Source: Candidatus Bathyarchaeota archaeon
GTDB taxonomy: Archaea > Thermoproteota > Bathyarchaeia > Bathyarchaeales > Bathycorpusculaceae
Direction of reading: 5' to 3'
DNA length: 64,000 nt
Assembly: GCA_963780185.1 (NCBI GenBank)
Contig: CAWABA010000007.1
Location: 160,001 to 224,000, forward strand
The notes beneath the pieces were generated by a model that was not told the origin of the DNA, ran no database searches, and saw only the letters and a program-made list of their open reading frames with translations. Positions 9,588 through 18,471 of the stretch are shown one piece after another; position 1 is the first letter of the stretch; each line of letters opens with the position of its first letter. Made by a program: the position numbers and the translations under genes.

Positions 9588-10196
9588 CTAAACAGAAGGC
9601 AGCTTGCGTTTTTTTAATTCAAAAACCAGCGGCGGCGACGAATTCCTTGTCTCCAACTCGACGCTTAGCAATCCTTCCATTATGCCTTTCCAAATTTCGC
9701 ATTCGTTGATGAATGGTGTTTTGAGAAGCAGAAATTTGTCTTTCAGGTAGAAGTCGCCGAAGCCCTGGGCTTTAAGCCGCTCAAACACTTTTTCCCAATT
9801 TGCCTGCTCGCTTGATTCCACCCCGAGCGTTGACCCAATTGAAACGTTGAGCGCTTCACCCATTTTCTTTCCAACCTCACGCCACTGCTCCTTAGGAATC
9901 TGCTGAGTCAGCAAATTGAATAATTCCACGTTTACAAGCGCCATGCGGCTTATTCCACAGTAGTATTCGCCTGGAAAATGCCAGTCGTAGATCATCATGG
10001 TTTTGTAGATGTCGAGCATTTTTGAGATTAACGGTTTGATTCCTGACTCTTTCCCCTCGGCGATTAGTGATTCGATGAATTCGCGTTCGTTTTTTTCAAG
10101 AATTATTGTTGTTCTTTTGGTTTCTTCGCTCTTGGTTTTGGGTAGAGATGGAGGGAGTCGGCTGTTCTCTTGCATACGGGTTATTTCGATGTGCAT
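9588..10196 (-). CDS. Putative RHH-like plus V4R-like ligand-binding regulator
   Basis: N-terminal KRTTIILEKNERE strand-helix pattern; C-terminal GKKMG...QGFGDF...GIMEGLL resembles V4R-type folds; lies upstream of the his operon. Confidence 0.45.
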   Translation of the reverse strand: MHIEITRMQENSRLPPSLPKTKSEETKRTTIILEKNEREFIESLIAEGKESGIKPLISKMLDIYKTMMIYDWHFPGEYYCGISRMALVNVELFNLLTQQIPKEQWREVGKKMGEALNVSIGSTLGVESSEQANWEKVFERLKAQGFGDFYLKDKFLLLKTPFINECEIWKGIMEGLLSVELETRNSSPPLVFELKKRKLPSV

Positions 10197-10354
10197 ATTT
10201 AATATGTCTTATGTATTGAGGAAGAATATTCAAGATCAGTTTTACGCGCCAAACCCGATGAACAGTTAAATAAAACAGGTGCAGTCTCTATGCTTGCCGA
10301 TGAAGAAACTAAAAAGCTGACTGAATGATGCACTCTAGGGTATCTGAGGCAAAC

Positions 10355-10585
10355 TTAGACGGTTATCAGTTTCTTTCGGATGAGAAACGCCATCAGCGCC
10401 ATGCCTGCTAAGAAAACAACAAGGCCAATGCCGTCTGACGTGAAAGTGCCTACTTTTAGTTTAGTCAGCGCGTATGGAAAGTAAGTTGGACCGACAAAGA
10501 TTAGAAGCATAGAAAAAATAACTAAAGTTATTCTCCAGAACTTACTGTATATACCGGTAACTTTCAAGTTTTCATTTTCAGTCAT
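10355..10585 (-). CDS. Small membrane protein (2 TM)
   Basis: Two hydrophobic segments; co-oriented directly after PAC2. Confidence 0.7.
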   Translation of the reverse strand: MTENENLKVTGIYSKFWRITLVIFSMLLIFVGPTYFPYALTKLKVGTFTSDGIGLVVFLAGMALMAFLIRKKLITV

Positions 10586-10597
10586 TCGACACCCAAC

Positions 10598-11269
10598 TCA
10601 CTGTTCTTCTGGTGCATTGTTTTCTACCAAACCTTCTTTTATCTCTTTTCCTAATGCCTTCATCAAAAACTTAAAAACAAGAAACCCAGCCTCACGATCC
10701 GCCCTAAAACCCGTCGTTGTCCCAAGCAAACTGACGCCCTCAAGCTTCCGCTCTTTAGCCATCGCCAAGGTAAGACCCGTGCCACCGACGATTCTGCCTT
10801 TACTGTAAATTACGGCGCCTTTTTCCATAAACTCCCTTGCCAGCCTCGGCGAGGTCGCGGCGATGTAAACCTGCGCTTTTTCCTCCGTTATCGGTATCCC
10901 TCCCATTGTTACGATGAATTTGCAGCCTAAAGATTCAACGAAATCAATCACTTCTTCGGTAACCTCGTAGTGAGCAACCACATCGTCAAACGAAGGTTGA
11001 ATTTCACCCGTCATGATAACCAAATTGTTCTTCTCCACAGGAGCATAATAGAACTCGTAGCGGGGCAGGTGAGCAATGCCCTTGGAAGTTATGGAGACGT
11101 AATCGGGAAAACTCGGCGAGTACAGCTCGGCGAAAGGCTTGGCGCTGAAGAATTTTATAAGCAGGTGAGCCGCTATGCGGCCGACGTTGCCGAAGCCAGG
11201 TAGCCCCTGAACGAAAATGGGGTTCTCCAACGTTGGCTCAGACAGCTTACGTATATGTGCCTTATCCAT
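10598..11269 (-). CDS. PAC2 family proteasome assembly chaperone
   Basis: GLPGFGNVGRIAA, LYSPSFP, IVTMGG, GRIVGGTG; start moved to MDKAH. Confidence 0.9.
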   Translation of the reverse strand: MDKAHIRKLSEPTLENPIFVQGLPGFGNVGRIAAHLLIKFFSAKPFAELYSPSFPDYVSITSKGIAHLPRYEFYYAPVEKNNLVIMTGEIQPSFDDVVAHYEVTEEVIDFVESLGCKFIVTMGGIPITEEKAQVYIAATSPRLAREFMEKGAVIYSKGRIVGGTGLTLAMAKERKLEGVSLLGTTTGFRADREAGFLVFKFLMKALGKEIKEGLVENNAPEEQ

Positions 11270-11365
11270 CAGCAAACACCAATGCACCATACAGTAAGGG
11301 TCGACACTAAAATGTTTTGTCAATAGCTATTCAATTTCACAAGGCTATTCGTATTGAGATAATAT

Positions 11366-11725
11366 TTAGGTTGGTGGGAATTCCTTGTCCAATTTTTGAA
11401 GCAGTTGCTTAATCGAGCGTTTCAAGGGCGGCAGGTCTTCTTTTATAGCCTTCCACATCACCTGCAAGTTTACGCCGAAATATTCATGAATCAGTTTATC
11501 TCGGGTGCCCGCCATCAATTTCCAAGGGACTTGGGGATATTTTTCTTTCGTTTCCAAAGAGATGCGTTTGGTTGCTTCACCGATAATTTCGAAGTTTCTT
11601 ACTATCGCATCGACGGTTTTGCTATCTTCAGAAAACTGTTCGAAAGTAAGTCCTTCTACATAATTCTGTATTTTTTCTATGGCGTCAAAAATATCGTCGA
11701 GATATAATCGGGAATCTCTTTTCAA
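11366..11725 (-). CDS. HEPN/DUF86 toxin (HepT-like)
   Basis: YLDDI, DAIVRNFEIIGEA, WKLMAGTRDKLIHEYFGV (Rx4H). Confidence 0.92.
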   Translation of the reverse strand: MKRDSRLYLDDIFDAIEKIQNYVEGLTFEQFSEDSKTVDAIVRNFEIIGEATKRISLETKEKYPQVPWKLMAGTRDKLIHEYFGVNLQVMWKAIKEDLPPLKRSIKQLLQKLDKEFPPT

Positions 11726-12021
11726 ACGTAAATTGCCTCGTTTAATATGCTATTTTTTATCCGAGGCTTGAGAACATCCCGCATGACCAAATCAACCTTA
11801 ACACCCAGCATCTCGCTGAGAAAATTTTCAAGCTCAATATACCTGAACAAACTTATTGGTTCATAGAAATCAATTAAAATGTCAAGGTCGCTTGAGCTCT
11901 TCTGTTCGCCTCTGACATATGAACCGAAAAAGCCTATGGTCTTCACTTTGAACTTTTCTTTAAGCTCAGGCTTGAGCGGCTCCAATTTGTTTTTTAAACA
12001 ATCAAGTTCCAAAGTGACCAC
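11722..12021 (-). CDS. MNT antitoxin (MntA-like)
   Basis: FGSYVRGEQKSSSDLDILIDF, KVDLV; 4-bp overlap with the HEPN gene. Confidence 0.92.
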   Translation of the reverse strand: MVTLELDCLKNKLEPLKPELKEKFKVKTIGFFGSYVRGEQKSSSDLDILIDFYEPISLFRYIELENFLSEMLGVKVDLVMRDVLKPRIKNSILNEAIYV

Positions 12022-12216
12022 AAGCAGTAATGAGGTAAGTGGTTGTATTTATTTTTTCAATAATCTAATAATGAGTTTGAAAAAACTTTAGACACATTAG
12101 CCATGAGTCCTAAACCCAACTGAGGCTTCATGGATGTAAGCGGAAGCTGGAAAAGAAACTATTAATATTTGACGCTTCACGTATTAGGATGCTAAAACCA
12201 ACTTGTCGCATGATAT

Positions 12217-12317
12217 AGCGGGGTGGGGTAGCCAGGATTAACCCGCTGGGCTCATAACCGCCAAATTGGCTGTGAGACACCCAGAGATCAGTAGTTCAAA
12301 TCTACTCCCCGCTACCA
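12217..12317 (+). tRNA. tRNA-iMet(CAT) with 22-nt intron at 37/38 (12257-12278), CCA encoded
   Basis: AGCGGGG/CCCCGCT acceptor with A1-U72, anticodon stem CTGGG/CCCAG with three G-C pairs, GTTCAAATC T-loop; intron forms a bulge-helix-bulge (CTCA/TGAG helix, TAA and ACA bulges). Confidence 0.95.
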
Positions 12318-12383
12318 AAATAACTTCTTAATTGTACATATATTTTAAAAAGAAAAAGGAACAATCCTTTTTTGTGATCCGAA

Positions 12384-12836
12384 ATGCCGCTTACCCACAG
12401 AGAGGGATTGGTGATGTATTGGTGTGAAGGGGACAGGTCTGAGGAAAGCCGAACATACAGAGCCGCCCTAACATCCGCTGACCCAAAAATCTTGGCGTTG
12501 TTTGTCCAATGGCTCGAAAAGTATTATGGCGTTGAGAGAGGTCGAATGAAGATTAGGCTTCATTTATGGCCAACCGCTGATGAGAAAGCGGCAAAGGATT
12601 TTTGGTCATCAACCCTAGAGATATCGCCAGATAATTTTACGAAATCCTGGTTAAAGCCAAGAGGTAGAAGCTCAAGAAAGCGTGTACATCCAAATGGAAT
12701 TTGCAGAGTATCGGTCTCCTCAAAGGAACTGTTGCGCAAAATAGTTTTTGACATAAATAATGAATTTAATTCTCATCAAGACACCTTCCCAAAACAGAAA
12801 GATGAATGGGAGCCAGTGAGCCCCCATGAAGTTTAA
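12384..12836 (+). CDS. Free-standing LAGLIDADG-like endonuclease
   Basis: GLVMYWCEGD helix, TSADPKILALFVQWL, IRLHL, FWSSTL.I...F.K, GICRVSVSSKEL. Confidence 0.65.
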   Translation: MPLTHREGLVMYWCEGDRSEESRTYRAALTSADPKILALFVQWLEKYYGVERGRMKIRLHLWPTADEKAAKDFWSSTLEISPDNFTKSWLKPRGRSSRKRVHPNGICRVSVSSKELLRKIVFDINNEFNSHQDTFPKQKDEWEPVSPHEV

Positions 12837-13626
12837 TTCAAAACTTGCAAATCAAATGTAATTCTGGTTTCATGCCCCCTTCGAGGATCTAAAATAGAAT
12901 ACTGCTACCAGCACTGCCAATGTTACCACTATCGTATCTGAAGCTCCTGCAAAATAGGCGCCATAGTTGCTAAGAATGGCCAGTCTGATTTCTAATGTAT
13001 ACGAAAGAAATGCAAATAACGTCAATAGAGCCTGCATGAATTTTTGCGCTAAGGATTTATACTCATCCCTAAGGTTTCGCTTGTCCTTTCGGACGTGCTT
13101 ATGCAAACGCAGCCACATCCAATTATAACTAAGTGTCTCGTTTATCGCAGGTATACCTGCTGTCGGTAATATAGCCTAGACGGCTACCAGAACCGTTTCT
13201 AAAACTAGTGCGGAAAAGAACCGCTCGCAATACTTATGTGCTGTCATTGTCTTCCTCCAAGATAGGGTCAAACTCATGTATTTTTCACTCCTAACGATTT
13301 AATACTCTTTAGGTTTCCTCCGAATTCTTTGTTTTTTCTAACTCGAACTTGCTTGATTTTCTGTTTTTATTAGGTTCAAACATTCGTTTTCACCGTATAA
13401 GCGTGTTATGGCTAACAAGATTTAAACCTTTTTATTTGATAAAAATTCGCTCAAATTACCTATTATTGTATATTCTTTTCAAACTTTTTTTGTACTTTGG
13501 CAAGCAAAGACTCGCTTTATATGATAACCTATTTTCATCCCAAACCGTCAGAGCAAGATTCTGCCATGAAACAACCCTTATGCTTTAACTTAGGCAGTAT
13601 TAGTCGGGCAAAATGTCTTCTTTAGA

Positions 13627-14517
13627 TTAGTTGCTGAGCGGTGGCGGTGGATTTTGGGTGTTTCGGTGTTTTCTATGATACAGCAGTGACATGGCAATTA
13701 TGATTAGGGATAGGGTTGCCGTTACTGCAACAAACGTGGCGAGGGGCACTGTAGTTGGGTTGGTGTTTTTGTTGGGTGCCTGAGGCATTGGAGTAGATGT
13801 TGAACTTGGCTCGGAAATTGGGGGTATTGTTGTGTTTGTTGTTGGTGTTGTTTGGGTCGGTTGAATCTGTGTGGTTGATTCGCCGTCGGTCACGATTACT
13901 GTTTGAGTATTGCTCCATTCGCTGTATTGGCCTGCGAATACGTAGACGTGCCCTGCCATCATGTAATCAGATGGTTCCATAGACCCAACTATTGCCTGCG
14001 CCTGAACTTCCAGTTTTGCGCCTGCTGGAACCCTGTAGACGCCTGGAATTTGGATTGTTATAGTTGTGTAACCTGAGTGGGATTGGCCCAAGTCTGCGGG
14101 AGATTCGGTGCTGTTGCCGCCAAACATTCCGCCGTAGCGACTTGTGGTCACTCCATTGAGAGCAAAGGGAGTGTAATCCCAATCCGTTCCATAAGCTCCT
14201 TTTATTCTGAAGTTGTAGTATAGGTTGGCTTGGTTACCGTTTGAGTCAGTGTAGGGGGTGAAGGGTTGGTTTTTGATGGTAAACTGAAGTGAGCGGTTGT
14301 CTATGTTGTAGCCGTCTTGTGTGACGATGGTGTTTCCTGTATATTGGTCGACTCCGTACGTTGGTGGAACATAATAGGAAAGGTTTACGTATTTTACGGT
14401 AAATTCTGGAACGGCCGGTTCACTTGTTTGTCCATATGCCGCTTGCAGGATTGTTAGGTTTGGGGCTGCTAAGATCAAAATTAAGAGAAATGGGAAACTT
14501 TTCTTTATTGCGCCCAT
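13627..14517 (-). CDS. Secreted/membrane-anchored protein (PxVPEFT-type)
   Basis: Signal peptide, EPAVPEFTVKY, TIKNQPF, SEWSNTQT, Thr/Pro linker, C-terminal TM with basic tail. Confidence 0.8.
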   Translation of the reverse strand: MGAIKKSFPFLLILILAAPNLTILQAAYGQTSEPAVPEFTVKYVNLSYYVPPTYGVDQYTGNTIVTQDGYNIDNRSLQFTIKNQPFTPYTDSNGNQANLYYNFRIKGAYGTDWDYTPFALNGVTTSRYGGMFGGNSTESPADLGQSHSGYTTITIQIPGVYRVPAGAKLEVQAQAIVGSMEPSDYMMAGHVYVFAGQYSEWSNTQTVIVTDGESTTQIQPTQTTPTTNTTIPPISEPSSTSTPMPQAPNKNTNPTTVPLATFVAVTATLSLIIIAMSLLYHRKHRNTQNPPPPLSN

Positions 14518-14652
14518 AATTCAACCTCTATGGATCGCTGTTATAAGAGTTCTCGTAAAACTTTCTTGACTACGGTTAGTCAAATTTATTTGACTAAAGA
14601 TTTGTGCTCAAAACTACCTAACCGTCTCGCCTTTCCGACCTGAACGGCTATT

Positions 14653-15189
14653 CTATTCCAATAGAAGCATAGCAAAATATGTAGGTTTTTCTTCTTTCGT
14701 TTTTCTTACCTCAATCGTGAAGCCGTTCTCTCGTGCGGTGGCATAGACGTCGATGCCGCAGGCTTCCATTGAGGGTCTTGCGAGCCGTGGGTAGGTGCAG
14801 TTTTTGAGGTTGCATTTTTCGCAGCGTTGGCATGGTCCAAGGGCAACGCCGAAGGCTCGGTAGTGTCCCTGCAGGAATGCGGCTCTTTCGAGATTCGCAA
14901 CCATGTCCTGAGTTGCGGTTGATTCGTCGGCGACCTGCATTAGGATGGCGGTTGAGTAGCCGCTTAAAATCTGCTTCATCTGCTGTGGCGTGGGGCTGTA
15001 TGGGGGGCAAGTTAACACTTTTCCGTAGGCGCCGCAGCCAAACTGGCATTTCAGCCGCACCCAATCCGCGACGACAATGTCTTTTGCATCTATGAGCTTT
15101 GCTTCAACGCCGCCCATTGAGAGAGCAAGTTTGAGTAGGTCATCTTGATTTGGCTTAGTTTCGACCGCTTTTTTCATTTTCAAGCCCAA
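14653..15189 (-). CDS. DUF2284 family Cys-rich metal-binding protein
   Basis: VRLKCQFGCGAYG..LTCPPYSP, GPCQRCEKC, RPSMEACGIDV. Confidence 0.85.
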   Translation of the reverse strand: MGLKMKKAVETKPNQDDLLKLALSMGGVEAKLIDAKDIVVADWVRLKCQFGCGAYGKVLTCPPYSPTPQQMKQILSGYSTAILMQVADESTATQDMVANLERAAFLQGHYRAFGVALGPCQRCEKCNLKNCTYPRLARPSMEACGIDVYATARENGFTIEVRKTKEEKPTYFAMLLLE

Positions 15190-15465
15190 GCTGTATTCTA
15201 AGTGCGTTCAGAATATAAAACTAAAACATTTCGACTCTAATGCATTCTCAGAAACGCTTGCCTGCTTGTCTATTTGGATCCTTTAGATGCTCCAAATATG
15301 CTTTTTCAGCGGAAATCGCCTTTTTCGCGCATTTCAGCCACCACAAATTCAAACGTTCCAAGCCCCAAACCAAAAAAACAGCCCAAAATAAGCCTTTTTG
15401 AACCTGCTTAGTTGACAGGGGTACCCCATTTTTACATCAGAAAATCAAGGTAAAAATGGATTATA

Positions 15466-15571
15466 GACCGACGGGAGGGGGTCTAGTATTTACATCAAAA
15501 AACCAATGTAAATATGGGTCCGAAAGACCGATGGGCGGGTCTAGTATTTGTGACCAAAACCAACCACAAAA
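15466..15571 (+). repeat. Two tandem units of the GACCGA-N-GGGTCTAGTATTT-N-AAAACCA motif
   Basis: Units ~59 bp apart; the same motif ends the repeats at 38311-38531 and 51319-51549. Confidence 0.75.
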
Positions 15572-15638
15572 AGCCATGGGGATGTCGGCGAAGGGAAAGT
15601 TTAAGAAAAACGCAAGTTGAATAATCTAACATTCCTCG

Positions 15639-16058
15639 GTGTTGCGGATGAAGAAAAAAGTGTTCATTGCTGGTCCAATTCTTGGCATGGAGAGCAGCCA
15701 GGATTACAGGCTAAAAATCACGGATATTCTGCTCAAGGCGGGGTTTGAAGTGATCGACCCGTGGAATCGGGAGAAAGTCCTCTACAAGGGCGATGAACGG
15801 TGTTGGTGGGATAAAGTTCCAACGTTTGATTTTATTCAGCGGGATTTAGATGACGCTGACCGCTGCGACGTTATGGTTGTTTACATGCCGATTCTGTCGG
15901 CTGGAGCCTGCATGGAGATGTTCTACGCTAAACGTAAAGGAAAGAAAATCATCGTGCTCTCCGAAATCGCTTGCCTTAGCCCATGGATAATAGCGCACTC
16001 CGACAGGGTCGTGAAAGGTTTTGACCAGCTTGAAGATGCCTTAAAAGAAATCCTGTGA
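15639..16058 (+). CDS. Nucleoside 2-deoxyribosyltransferase-like protein
   Basis: VFIAGPI, VIDP, RDLDDADRCD, SAGACMEMFYA. Confidence 0.8.
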   Translation: MLRMKKKVFIAGPILGMESSQDYRLKITDILLKAGFEVIDPWNREKVLYKGDERCWWDKVPTFDFIQRDLDDADRCDVMVVYMPILSAGACMEMFYAKRKGKKIIVLSEIACLSPWIIAHSDRVVKGFDQLEDALKEIL

Positions 16059-16225
16059 CCTCTCAAGGCTTTTCTTGGAATTCAATCGCGTTGTTGTAGC
16101 CTATCTGCAATCACATAGCGTTATTAGTTTTCACGGCGAGTTTCATGTAAAGCTCGCGGTGAGGTGATTTTTTGTCAGAAAATCGTTCACGTAGGGATTC
16201 AAGCATAACCGTGCCTGAGCCTGAG

Positions 16226-16327
16226 ATGACAAGCGATAAAAAATACAAGTGCCCGCTGGACCAGCAAATCTACGACAACAAAGAAGACTACGAATCTCAC
16301 TGCAAAGAAGAGCACGATGTGCTTTAA
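16226..16327 (+). CDS. 33-aa C2H2-like zinc-finger microprotein
   Basis: MTSDKKYKCPLDQQIYDNKEDYESHCKEEHDVL*; below the ORF-track size cutoff. Confidence 0.55.
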   Translation: MTSDKKYKCPLDQQIYDNKEDYESHCKEEHDVL

Positions 16328-16412
16328 AAGATAAAAAAAACGCCAGCTTCAGCTTCTATTTTTTTGGCGATAAATTTAGAAACGCGCTGACGCCTGACTC
16401 AGTTGCCTTTGT

Positions 16413-16601
16413 TTATCTGATGGCTTCGTCGATTTTTGAGTCACGTCTTGTCTTCGTGACTTCCATGAAAAGTTCTAAACATTCCTCTTTAGTCGGCGCC
16501 TCAATGCCTATGCTTCCATAGGCGCCTATGTCGATTCTGTATTTCTTCCTGTCGCCTCTATCTTCCCCTTGACTCATAATTTTCTTCTCCCCCTTCCCCA
16601 T
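16413..16601 (-). CDS. Small hypothetical protein
   Basis: 62-aa ORF co-oriented after DUF2110. Confidence 0.55.
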   Translation of the reverse strand: MGKGEKKIMSQGEDRGDRKKYRIDIGAYGSIGIEAPTKEECLELFMEVTKTRRDSKIDEAIR

Positions 16602-16647
16602 TAACCTTAATCGGATAACAGATTATTTACGTAATAATGTAAACCGC

Positions 16648-17439
16648 TTATAAGGTTAATGGCATTTCACCGATAAGGCGAAAAACCGATTTAGGGTTAA
16701 AAACAACAAAAACGCCATGCCGCATGTACCTTCCCATTCTCGGAATCAACCCTGCCGCGTCAGTACCCAACTTGCAAGTTAATGCGTACTCAAACAAACC
16801 CAGCCGTTCAACGTCAATAACATCCCGGTTAAGCCTTGTTCGTTCAAGCACCGCCTCGATTTCTCCAGCCGAAGATCCCAAAACGATCAACCTGTCCAAA
16901 AAAGACTGCTGCCACATATGCATTTTCTCCAATTGAGCCGTTGACAATTCAGCCTGCAGAACCTCAGCTCCGTCTTCACCTGTTAAGTCAACCACCTTGA
17001 TGGTTAGAGGCAAATTCTCATGCAGCCCGTAAACTTCTGCAATTCTTTTCAAATCCACTTTCTTGCCGTCTGCAAGCTGCGCCTGCAAATGCGCTAAGGG
17101 GACGGTTGCCAACGTTATTTTTGGTTCAAAAACCCCCACATCAACAGTAAACTCGTTTTTAGCCTCGTCAAGTTTTGTTAGGTACCCTTTGAAGATGGAG
17201 CCTTTTTCGATTCTTTTTATGCTTATGGGGCAGGTGCCGATTTCTTTGTTGATGTAGTTTGTGGCGATGACTTCGTCTTCTCCTTCAAGGGAAACTTGAA
17301 CCCACTTGTTGACTGGAGTGCCTAAAACCTTGAAGTCCAAATCCAAATTTTCAAACTCAGCCTTCAGCAGGTCATCCACCTGTTTGAGCTGCCCCGAACC
17401 CCGGGCTTTCACAAGCAAAGTTAAAACGGTCATAGTCAA
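16648..17439 (-). CDS. DUF2110 family protein
   Basis: Conserved position after tfe-HD; LEGEDE, VDVG, LGLFE..L.CK..TDA.GLIP..G. Confidence 0.85.
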   Translation of the reverse strand: MTMTVLTLLVKARGSGQLKQVDDLLKAEFENLDLDFKVLGTPVNKWVQVSLEGEDEVIATNYINKEIGTCPISIKRIEKGSIFKGYLTKLDEAKNEFTVDVGVFEPKITLATVPLAHLQAQLADGKKVDLKRIAEVYGLHENLPLTIKVVDLTGEDGAEVLQAELSTAQLEKMHMWQQSFLDRLIVLGSSAGEIEAVLERTRLNRDVIDVERLGLFEYALTCKLGTDAAGLIPRMGRYMRHGVFVVFNPKSVFRLIGEMPLTL

Positions 17440-17966
17440 TTACCCAACAACGATATTATTTCTTCATGAAGCTTTCTAACTCTTTCTGCCGCATCCTTAT
17501 GCCCCGCCGCCCGAAGACGCTCAATTTCGACTTCTATTGGAACCCGTCCGCGTTTAGAGTTGTCGACCAGTTTGTCAGCGTACGAAACAATTTTCTCCTC
17601 CAAATTAAGCGGCGAGTAGACGCCTTTTGGCCAGCCGAATCCAGCCGCTTCTTTTGCCGTGAATCCGCCGCCAACATGCGTCTTAACAATCTGGACAACT
17701 GTCAAGGGAAGACCTTCTGACTCTGCGATTTGCGCGCCCACCAAGCCGTGCTCAACGGAGTTTGTTTTTGAACGGCCGATATCATGCAAAAGAGCGCCCG
17801 CCTCAATCAGGTTCAGGTCCAGTTTCAAGCCGCGGCGTTTGAGTTGGTTCGCTATCTCCATTGATATGTCTGCAACCGATTGGCAGTGGCTGATGATTTG
17901 AGGTGAACAATTGTTTTTTCGTAGAAGTTCGATGGCTTGCTCCCTTGTGGGAAGCGACTTATTCAC
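17436..17966 (-). CDS. HD-domain protein (TIGR00295-like)
   Basis: HC..V, ALLHDIGRS, HG..GA, HVGGG, EEKIVSYADKL. Confidence 0.9.
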   Translation of the reverse strand: MNKSLPTREQAIELLRKNNCSPQIISHCQSVADISMEIANQLKRRGLKLDLNLIEAGALLHDIGRSKTNSVEHGLVGAQIAESEGLPLTVVQIVKTHVGGGFTAKEAAGFGWPKGVYSPLNLEEKIVSYADKLVDNSKRGRVPIEVEIERLRAAGHKDAAERVRKLHEEIISLLGN

Positions 17967-18471
17967 CGAGTTCCTTCCTTAGTGTGTCAACTTTTTCGGA
18001 AAGTTTACTTATCATTTGTTCGTTTGCGAAATGTACAAGAGGTTTGCCGCAGCCTGAGCAGTGGAAAACCACTTCGACTGCTTCTTCAAAGGGAACCCTT
18101 TTGCATTCTGGGCTGCCGCAGTAGTAGAAGTCGTGGTTCTTTTCGTACTCTAACCTGACGTTGAGTTTTTCTAGTACACGTCTTTTTTGGCTTAAGATGA
18201 AGCCTTCAAGCTGGTCGGGTTGAAGTTTCCAGTGGAAGATGAACCAGCCTGTTTTGGGGTCGCGTGTTCTTCTTAGGCTTACCAGGCTGTGGTCGTAGAG
18301 TTTGTAGAGGATTTTGCGTACTGTGTTGAGGCGTATGCCTATTTTGTTTGCTATTTCGTCGTCGGTTATTTCGTCTACGCCTTTGAGGTACTCGATAAGT
18401 TTGACGGCGTCTTCTTCTCCTAGTGCCACAGCAACCTTCATCAAGGTTGCATCATCAATAGTCGATAACAT
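17959..18471 (-). CDS. tfe: Transcription factor E
   Basis: TDDEIA, LNTVRKILYKL, RDPKTGWFIFHW, zinc ribbon C..C / F.C..CG. Confidence 0.95.
   Translation of the reverse strand: MLSTIDDATLMKVAVALGEEDAVKLIEYLKGVDEITDDEIANKIGIRLNTVRKILYKLYDHSLVSLRRTRDPKTGWFIFHWKLQPDQLEGFILSQKRRVLEKLNVRLEYEKNHDFYYCGSPECKRVPFEEAVEVVFHCSGCGKPLVHFANEQMISKLSEKVDTLRKELGE

Noticed and set aside
12870-13600. Short ORFs 12870-13118(-) and 13349-13588(+)
   Set aside because: AT-rich with no motifs; probably decayed accessory sequence that cannot be called
15417-15571. Possible mini-CRISPR array
   Set aside because: Only 2-3 degenerate units, no unique spacers between identical repeats, and no cas genes
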